In this document: piece by piece, positions 57,305 to 64,000 of the stretch
How the letters are laid out: each line of letters opens with the position of its first letter
How positions within the stretch are numbered: the stretch's first letter is position 1
From: an uncultured Desulfatitalea sp.
Lineage (GTDB): Bacteria; Desulfobacterota; Desulfobacteria; Desulfobacterales; Desulfosarcinaceae
Direction: 5' to 3'
Assembly: GCA_963668675.2 (NCBI GenBank)
Contig: CAXXMB010000001.1
Location: 416,001 to 480,000 of the forward strand
DNA length: 64,000 bases
Made by a program: the position numbers and the translations under genes
Notes under the pieces: generated by a model
Databases searched by the model: none
Told to the model about the DNA's origin: nothing
Seen by the model: only the letters and a program-made list of their open reading frames with translations

Positions 57305-58669
57305 ATGATTCTACAATATGAAAGATACTGTGCCCTGAAAACAGCGATACAGATCGTGGGTGAGGCATTGATCATTTTGAGCGCCTTCACCATTATTCTC
57401 ACTTTTCAATCAGATCAAGCCCATTCCATAACCCTTCGATATGCTATTCTCTTCACCCTCATATGCCAAGCGAGCATCTATTTTTTCGGACTTTACAATC
57501 CCACACTGCAATTTGGTTTAACCGAGCAGTTGATCGGATTGGCACAGGCACTATCGATCGCCATAGCCGCCATCGTGATATCGATTTTGATTGTTGGTAA
57601 AAGCATCTATTTTTTCTCGATCTTTGTGAGCTTTGGAACTCTACTCGCATCCTTGATTCTCTGGAGACGATTAATGCAAAAAGTGTCAAATACCGACATT
57701 TTTCGACAGAAAGTCATAATACTGGGGACCAAAGGACGCGCCGAGGCAATATATCAGGCACTAAGAAAGAAAAAAAATCCTGATAAAACCAAACAAAGAA
57801 ACCTCCGGCCCTGCAATATCCGTATTGTTGCCGTGGCCGACACACAGGAAAATACCTGCAGCTTTCCTATAGAGGAAAAAACCCCATACGTTCAGCTGAA
57901 GAACTGCAGCGATGTGCTTGAACTCTCTTGTGAATACAATACACGGCAAGTTATAGTATGCAATCAAATCGCCGGAAACCTGACCCCACAAGAAGTTTAT
58001 GAACTTAAACGCAAAGGAATTTTGCTCTGCAGCGAAAATGCCATGTTTGAAGCAATCTCCGGAAGAAGGGACCCGGCGGAGATCGATCCGAAAGATGTCA
58101 TCTTTTCACAAAGCTTTCAAAGAAAGATACAACGCTATACCAAACGTTTTGGAGATCTGGCAGTCGCTTTCGCATTGCTTGCGCTGTTATCTCCGTTCTT
58201 TCTTGCCGTCGGCTTCGTTCTCAAAGCAATAAAACCAGGCCGTATCATTGAAACCGAATCGTGCCTGGGACTACGAAAAAAAGTGTTTAATCGGTATCGT
58301 TTTCATTCTTCCCCTAAACTCACCCATTATCCAATCTACCATCAACGCATCCAAGCGTTGCCGCAACTTTGGAACGTCCTCAAAGCCGATATGAGCCTGG
58401 TCGGTCCCTGTCCGATCGGACCGCAGCAGGCTGAAGATATAAGTCATGAGCAACTTTTGTTTGACGAACGCTTTACCGTTCGCCCAGGCCTGACCGGCTG
58501 GGCACAGGTGAACCACCAATACGATGGCTCCAACAAAACAATCAAAGATATGTTCGGGTATGACCTCTTTTACCTGAAGCACATGTCGTTGTTCTTGGAC
58601 ATCGTCGTAATATCGCGTGCGTTGCTGGTTCAAAGCCCCACCAGCAGACCCGTCACCAACGCATCATGA
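57305..58669 (+). CDS. Polyprenyl phosphoglycosyl-transferase (WcaJ/EpsB-like) homolog with degenerate active site
   Basis: Four N-terminal TMs, KRFGDL, LPQLWNVLKADMSLVGP, RPGLTGWAQVN, DLFY...SLFLD; DE dyad replaced by QA. Confidence 0.8.
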   Translation: MILQYERYCALKTAIQIVGEALIILSAFTIILTFQSDQAHSITLRYAILFTLICQASIYFFGLYNPTLQFGLTEQLIGLAQALSIAIAAIVISILIVGKSIYFFSIFVSFGTLLASLILWRRLMQKVSNTDIFRQKVIILGTKGRAEAIYQALRKKKNPDKTKQRNLRPCNIRIVAVADTQENTCSFPIEEKTPYVQLKNCSDVLELSCEYNTRQVIVCNQIAGNLTPQEVYELKRKGILLCSENAMFEAISGRRDPAEIDPKDVIFSQSFQRKIQRYTKRFGDLAVAFALLALLSPFFLAVGFVLKAIKPGRIIETESCLGLRKKVFNRYRFHSSPKLTHYPIYHQRIQALPQLWNVLKADMSLVGPCPIGPQQAEDISHEQLLFDERFTVRPGLTGWAQVNHQYDGSNKTIKDMFGYDLFYLKHMSLFLDIVVISRALLVQSPTSRPVTNAS

Positions 58670-58856
58670 CAAGTGATATCGGCTTTAAAAAGGATTGTTC
58701 CTAACCCAATCCAAACAACTGCAAGCTAAAAAGAATGCCACTCAGCGGTGAACGTCCAAAATTAGACACCGCAAATCGATTGCCATGTAATCGACCGGGC
58801 GGAGCTATATCCCAAATTTCAATAAAAATCATTTGATACTAAATCTGCTCTGATCA

Positions 58857-59411
58857 ATGAAGATAGAAAAAACATCGATTCCTGAAGTCATACTGATTGA
58901 ACCAAGCGTATTCCAAGACGACCGCGGCTATTTCATGGAAACATACCAGCACCGGCGCTACGAGGAGATCGGAATCACCTGCACCTTTGTTCAGGACAAC
59001 CTTTCAACCTCAAAAAAAGGCACGCTTAGAGGGTTGCATTTCCAATATTCGAATTCCCAAGCTAAATTGGTTCAGGTGTTGCAAGGAGAGGTCTTTGACG
59101 TTGCCGTTGACATTCGAAAAGGCTCACCACACTGCGGCCAATGGGCCGGAGCAATTCTTTCCGATAAGAACAATCATCAACTATTTATCCCTGAAGGATT
59201 CGCTCACGGTTTCTGTGTGCTAAGCGATGTCGCCATCTTCCACTATAAATGCAGCAACTACTATTCACCGGAATCGGAAGGCGGTATATTATGGTGCGAC
59301 CCTCAAATAAATATAACCTGGCCGATAAAAAATCCCATCCTCTCCAAAAAGGATCAAGGCTATCCAACAATAAACCAAATAGAAACATCAAAGCTTCCGG
59401 AAATGCCATAG
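58857..59411 (+). CDS. rmlC: dTDP-4-dehydrorhamnose 3,5-epimerase
   Basis: DDRGYFME, QDNLS, LRGLHFQ, DVAVDIRKGSP, PEGFAHGF. Confidence 0.95.
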   Translation: MKIEKTSIPEVILIEPSVFQDDRGYFMETYQHRRYEEIGITCTFVQDNLSTSKKGTLRGLHFQYSNSQAKLVQVLQGEVFDVAVDIRKGSPHCGQWAGAILSDKNNHQLFIPEGFAHGFCVLSDVAIFHYKCSNYYSPESEGGILWCDPQINITWPIKNPILSKKDQGYPTINQIETSKLPEMP

Positions 59412-59438
59412 ATAGAGAACAAATGAAATTAACCAGAT

Positions 59439-59601
59439 TTGAAGAAATAAAGACAATTAAAGATAACAATCCCCGTCATCCCATCGAAAGCCGGGATCCA
59501 GTCTTTTCAATAACTTCTGGATGCCGGATCATAAAAGCTTGCCCTGGACTACGATCCAGGGGCCGGCAAGACGGGTGGAGGACTTTTTACGAGTTCATCA
59601 A
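59439..59601. repeat. Family F/A element, left end degenerate
   Basis: gtcatcccatcgaaagccgggatccag ... gactttttacgagttcatcaa. Confidence 0.65.
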
Positions 59602-59637
59602 TAATAAACCAAAAACGATTCGACAACCTACATAATA

Positions 59638-60726
59638 ATGAACCCAACAAACTATAAAACATTACTTGTCACCGGAGGATGCGGTTTCATCGGCTCCAAC
59701 TTTATTCGGCAAACGCTCAATCATTGGCGTGATTGCACAATCATCAATATAGACGCACTCACCTATGCCGGAAACCCGCTCAACCTGGAAAACCTTTCTA
59801 ACGATCGAGAAGAAAGCTACAGGTTGGTCCAGGCAGATATCCGCGATCTGCCGGCGTTGCATCAACTGTTTAATGATGAAGACATTGATGCGGTCGTTCA
59901 TTTTGCCGCAGAGTCACATGTGGATCGTTCCATTCACAATCCGGCCGCCTTCATAGAGACCAACGTCCTCGGCACCTGCAACCTGCTTATCGCAGCATAT
60001 CAAGACTGGAAAGCGCGAAACAAACCGGACCATTTCCGTTTCCTTCACGTCTCTACAGACGAAGTTTACGGCAGCCTCGGGTCGGAAGGGTACTTCAGCG
60101 AATCGACGCCATACGATCCATCCAGTCCCTATTCTGCCTCAAAAGCCGGGGCCGATCATCTGGTGAATGCCTGGTACAGCACCTACGGACTGCCCACGCT
60201 GGTCACCAACTGCTCCAATAACTATGGGCCCTACCAATTCCCGGAGAAATTGATTCCTTTGATGATATTGAACATCCTCGAAGAAAAAGAACTGCCCGTA
60301 TACGGGGATGGCAAAAACGTCCGAGACTGGCTCTATGTCATCGATCACTGCGATGCCTTGCTCAATATATTGGAGAAGGGCGTCATCGGCGAGACTTACA
60401 ATATCGGCGGAAATGAAGAGCGCCGGAACATCGACATCGTCAACCTGCTTTGCCGGAAGTTGGATCAAAAGTTGGGCCGCACAGGAGCAAAATCGAGCCG
60501 GAACTTGATTCGCTTCGTTCAGGATCGCCCCGGGCATGATCGCCGTTATGCCATCGATGCCACTAAAATAAAAACGCAGCTCGATTGGAAACCCCAACAC
60601 GACTTCGAAACCGCCATTGAGGAAACCATCGACTGGTATCTCAACAACATGGATTGGGTAAACACCATCCGAACAGGCGAATACCGCAATTGGATAGATC
60701 AGAACTACAACCAGAGAAATTGTTAA
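59638..60726 (+). CDS. rmlB: dTDP-glucose 4,6-dehydratase
   Basis: GGCGFIG, AAESHVDRS, STDEVYG, YSASK, NNYGPYQFPEK, DRPGHDRRY. Confidence 0.96.
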   Translation: MNPTNYKTLLVTGGCGFIGSNFIRQTLNHWRDCTIINIDALTYAGNPLNLENLSNDREESYRLVQADIRDLPALHQLFNDEDIDAVVHFAAESHVDRSIHNPAAFIETNVLGTCNLLIAAYQDWKARNKPDHFRFLHVSTDEVYGSLGSEGYFSESTPYDPSSPYSASKAGADHLVNAWYSTYGLPTLVTNCSNNYGPYQFPEKLIPLMILNILEEKELPVYGDGKNVRDWLYVIDHCDALLNILEKGVIGETYNIGGNEERRNIDIVNLLCRKLDQKLGRTGAKSSRNLIRFVQDRPGHDRRYAIDATKIKTQLDWKPQHDFETAIEETIDWYLNNMDWVNTIRTGEYRNWIDQNYNQRNC

Positions 60727-60868
60727 ACCGGCAATTAAATACACCAACCCCCGTCATCCCGGACCTGATCCAGGATCCAGTAACGACCTGGATAGCGCAA
60801 AAGCTTCACTTCGTACCCGGCCTTCGCCGGAATGACGATCGTTCTGGTTTATTGTTGCCGGGCTACTA
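60721..60868. repeat. Family E element overlapping the rmlB stop codon
   Basis: tgtTAAaccggcaattaaata ... tttattgttgccgggctacta. Confidence 0.7.
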
Positions 60869-60906
60869 TCAAACTCAAGCATCCAAAATAAGGACTCAAA
60901 AGAGCG

Positions 60907-61782
60907 ATGAAAGGCATAATACTGGCAGGCGGCTCCGGAACCAGACTGTATCCGATCACTCAAGTCGTCAGTAAGCAGCTGCTGCCGATCTATGACAAAC
61001 CCATGATCTACTATCCGCTGTCGATCCTGATGTTAGCCGGTTTGCGTGATATCTTGATCATCTCAACCCCTCAGGACCTCCCCAATTTTAAAAACCTGCT
61101 TAAAAGCGGGTCTCAGTGGGGTTTAAATTTCAGATATGCTGAACAACCCAAACCCGAAGGGCTCGCCCAGGCCTTTATCATCGGCCGTGACTTTATCGGA
61201 AACGACAGTACCTGTCTGATCCTCGGTGACAACATCTTTTACGGACACGGATTGCCAAACTACATCAAGCCGGCTGCCCAACGGACTCAAGGCGCCACCG
61301 TGTTCGGCTATTGGGTCAGAGATCCCCAACGCTACGGTGTCGTTGATTTCGATAGAAATGGACAGGCGACCAGCATCGAGGAAAAACCAGAGACACCGAA
61401 AAGCAACTGGGCAGTAACCGGCCTCTACTTCTACGATAACCGTGTAATCGACATTGCAGCAGATCTCAAACCTTCACCGCGCGGTGAACTGGAGATCACT
61501 GATGTCAACAAAACCTATCTTGAAACAGGCGATTTGTATGTAGAAAAACTAGGCCGGGGTATCGCCTGGCTAGACACAGGTACGCACGAAAGCCTGATGC
61601 AGGCATCAAGCTTCATCGAAACCATAGAAGAACGCCAGGGGCTCAAAGTGTCTTGTGTTGAGGAAATCGCATACAGGATGGGATATATCACATCCAACCA
61701 GCTGGAGCAGCTCGCGGCGCCGCTTTGTAAAAACGGCTACGGACAATATCTATTGGATCTCCTGAAATACGAATATTATTAG
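60907..61782 (+). CDS. rmlA: Glucose-1-phosphate thymidylyltransferase
   Basis: [41 protein letters not shown]. Confidence 0.97.
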   Translation: MKGIILAGGSGTRLYPITQVVSKQLLPIYDKPMIYYPLSILMLAGLRDILIISTPQDLPNFKNLLKSGSQWGLNFRYAEQPKPEGLAQAFIIGRDFIGNDSTCLILGDNIFYGHGLPNYIKPAAQRTQGATVFGYWVRDPQRYGVVDFDRNGQATSIEEKPETPKSNWAVTGLYFYDNRVIDIAADLKPSPRGELEITDVNKTYLETGDLYVEKLGRGIAWLDTGTHESLMQASSFIETIEERQGLKVSCVEEIAYRMGYITSNQLEQLAAPLCKNGYGQYLLDLLKYEYY

Positions 61783-61924
61783 CCTGGCAATTTAAAATCA
61801 CAATCCCCGTCATTCCGGCGAAAGCCGGGCACGCAGTGAAGCCTTGGCGCTATCCAGCCGTTTAATGGATCTTAGATCAATTCCAGGATGAAGATAGTTG
61901 GTCTATTTAATTGCCGGTTTAATA
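61777..61924. repeat. Family E element overlapping the rmlA stop codon
   Basis: tatTAGcctggcaatttaaaa ... tatttaattgccggtttaata. Confidence 0.78.
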
Positions 61925-61977
61925 GATAAATTTTACTGCGTAAGACCCATCCCAACCATATCGAAAGGTGTCATTCA

Positions 61978-63084
61978 ATGAACATCCCATTTCTGGACCT
62001 TGAAGCCCAATTTAAACAAATAGAAAGTGAAGTCCTCCCCGTGCTTACGGAAGCCATGGAAAACGCCGCTTTTATTGGAGGCCCCCAAGTAACGGGATTC
62101 GAAAAAGAGTTTGCTGCCTTCTGCGATAGCGCTTACTGTATCGGCGTAGGCTCCGGTACGGATGCGCTACGTTTTGCTCTTATGGCCGCAGGTGTAGGTC
62201 AAGGTGACGAAGTCATCACCGTCCCCAATACGTTCATCGCTACCACCGAATCCATCTCTCAAGTTGGTGCCTACCCCGTTTTCGTCGATATCAAACAAGA
62301 CACCTGCAATATCGATCCGGAAAAAATTGAAGCGGCCGTCACTGAAAAGACCAAGGCCATCATCCCTGTACATCTGTATGGTCAGCCGGCAGACATGGAC
62401 ACCATACTTCGAATAGCCGAAACGCACAACCTGGTCGTTATCGAGGATGCCTGCCAGGCCCACGGAGCGCTCTATAACGGTAAAAAAGCCGGTTCCATTG
62501 GTACTGCAGGCTGCTTCAGCTTTTATCCCGGTAAAAATTTAGGGGCTTTTGGTGAGGCCGGAGCCGTCGTAACGCAAGACAAAGAGATTGCTTCTAAAAT
62601 CGGTATGATCCGCGACCACGGTCAGGACAGGAAGTATTACCATCAAATCGAGGGGTTCAACGGCCGTCTTGATGCATTGCAGGCTGCCGTGTTGAGAATC
62701 AAGCTGAACAAGCTGCCGGATTGGAACGCAGCCAGGCAAAGAAATGCCCGCGCCTACAATGAACTGCTATCTAACATACCTGGCGTATCGCTGCCTACCG
62801 AGGCCTCCTTTGCTGAATCAGTCTACCATCTATATGTCATCCATGTAGACAACCGCGACGGATTACAAGCCTACTTGTCGCAAAAAGATATCGCAACCGG
62901 CCTTCACTACCCGCTCCCCTTACATCTGCAAGAAGCCTACAGGCATATGGGCCACTCGAAAGGTGCCTTCCCAGTGGCTGAGCATTCAGCAGCAAAACTA
63001 CTGTCTCTCCCAATGTTTCCGGAACTAACCACCGACCAAATAGAGTATATCGCCCAGACAATAAGGGATTACATGCTCCATTGA
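61978..63084 (+). CDS. DegT/DnrJ family nucleotide-sugar aminotransferase
   Basis: [41 protein letters not shown]. Confidence 0.93.
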   Translation: MNIPFLDLEAQFKQIESEVLPVLTEAMENAAFIGGPQVTGFEKEFAAFCDSAYCIGVGSGTDALRFALMAAGVGQGDEVITVPNTFIATTESISQVGAYPVFVDIKQDTCNIDPEKIEAAVTEKTKAIIPVHLYGQPADMDTILRIAETHNLVVIEDACQAHGALYNGKKAGSIGTAGCFSFYPGKNLGAFGEAGAVVTQDKEIASKIGMIRDHGQDRKYYHQIEGFNGRLDALQAAVLRIKLNKLPDWNAARQRNARAYNELLSNIPGVSLPTEASFAESVYHLYVIHVDNRDGLQAYLSQKDIATGLHYPLPLHLQEAYRHMGHSKGAFPVAEHSAAKLLSLPMFPELTTDQIEYIAQTIRDYMLH

Positions 63085-63185
63085 CAGCCTGTCCACATTC
63101 GTCGTCCCGGACTTGATCCGAAATCCAGTAATCCCCTTTATTTCGCTTCGGTTCAGATCAACCTTGATCGAGGAAGGAGAAAAAA

Positions 63186-64000
63186 ATGTTAAACATAGGA
63201 CTCATCGGATTTGGCTATTGGGGCCCAAACCTGGCACGTAATTTCAGTCAAAACCCTGACACAAAACTCACCACCATATGCGATTTTTCAGATTCCCGTT
63301 TGGAACAGGCCCAAAGGCTATTCCCTCACTCTGAAATTTGCAAAGACACGAACGCCATCTTCAATAACAGTACCATTGATGCAGTTGCCATAGCCACTCC
63401 TGTGTCCACACACTACAACTTGGCGAAACAGGCGCTGCTTGCAGATAAGCACGTCTGGTTGGAAAAACCGATGACGGAAACCGTTCAGCAGGCGGAAGAG
63501 CTGATTGAATTGGCCCAAAAAAAGAACAAGGTTCTGTTTGTTGACCATACCTTCGTCTATACGGGTGCAGTGCGAAAAATTAAGGAACTCATCGAAAACA
63601 AAGAGCTGGGCGACATCGTATACTTCGATTCAGCCCGGGTCAACCTGGGGCTCTTTCAACAGGATATCGACGTCATTTGGGACCTCGCACCACACGATCT
63701 ATCCATCATGGATTACCTGATTCCATTGAAAAAGCTCTCGGTGTCCGCCACTGGGCTGAATTATAATGGAAACGGCCTGAATCCGAAATCCATGTTGACC
63801 ATCAACATGGAAAACAATGTAATCGCACACATCAATGTAAGCTGGCTCTCGCCGGTCAAAATCAGACAAACCCTCATTGGTGGGAGCAAGAAGATGATTT
63901 TGTATGACGATACCCACCCGGACGAAAAGGTAAAAGTGTATGATAAGGGGGTTCACATATACGAGACAAAAGAGGAACTCTATCGACTCAACGTTCAATA
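63186..64000 (+). CDS. Gfo/Idh/MocA family nucleotide-sugar oxidoreductase, 3' end outside window (not in the ORF track)
   Basis: AGGAG RBS, ATG 63186; MLNIGLIGFGYWGPNLARNF, ATPVSTH, EKP, VDHTFVY, WDLAPHD, SWLSPVK. Confidence 0.9.
   Translation, partial: MLNIGLIGFGYWGPNLARNFSQNPDTKLTTICDFSDSRLEQAQRLFPHSEICKDTNAIFNNSTIDAVAIATPVSTHYNLAKQALLADKHVWLEKPMTETVQQAEELIELAQKKNKVLFVDHTFVYTGAVRKIKELIENKELGDIVYFDSARVNLGLFQQDIDVIWDLAPHDLSIMDYLIPLKKLSVSATGLNYNGNGLNPKSMLTINMENNVIAHINVSWLSPVKIRQTLIGGSKKMILYDDTHPDEKVKVYDKGVHIYETKEELYRLNVQ

Noticed and set aside
1..64000. tRNA, rRNA, riboswitch, prophage, integron or autonomous IS
   Set aside because: No recognisable structural RNA, integrase or transposase motif by eye; covariance-model and HMM scans would be needed to exclude small RNAs.

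Overview
The window is almost entirely one large, co-oriented (+ strand) exopolysaccharide and surface-glycan locus of the PEP-CTERM/exosortase type. Gene content and repeat style suggest a Desulfobacterales-like deltaproteobacterium (inference only). The export and sorting side has an outer-membrane beta-barrel, exosortase, EpsI, a PEP-CTERM protein, a PrsT-like TPR lipoprotein, a flippase and a polymerase/ligase. The sugar side has five glycosyltransferases and nucleotide-sugar genes (ugd, wecB, rmlCBA, two DegT aminotransferases, a Gfo/Idh dehydrogenase). There is an unusually large tailoring set: NadE-like, ACP, AMP-ligase, three AsnB paralogs, three ATP-grasp ligases, two FemAB-like proteins, MBOAT plus SGNH, AT3, two LbH acyltransferases and a GNAT. 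The standout is an embedded comA-comB pair (sulfolactate synthesis) with a cyanophycin-synthetase-like ATP-grasp, near a LarA-family hydroxy-acid racemase, which together suggest a sulfolactyl/hydroxy-acyl glycan decoration pathway. Other features are a priming phosphoglycosyl-transferase homolog lacking its catalytic Asp-Glu dyad, a probable CTG start, a FemAB-like gene with no canonical start, and three sigma-54 promoter candidates. At least five nested families of non-coding repeats, including a ~251-bp MITE with 9-bp target duplications, sit between gene modules. No tRNA, rRNA, CRISPR array or transposase was seen. All protein calls come from motif recognition by eye; no database searches were run.
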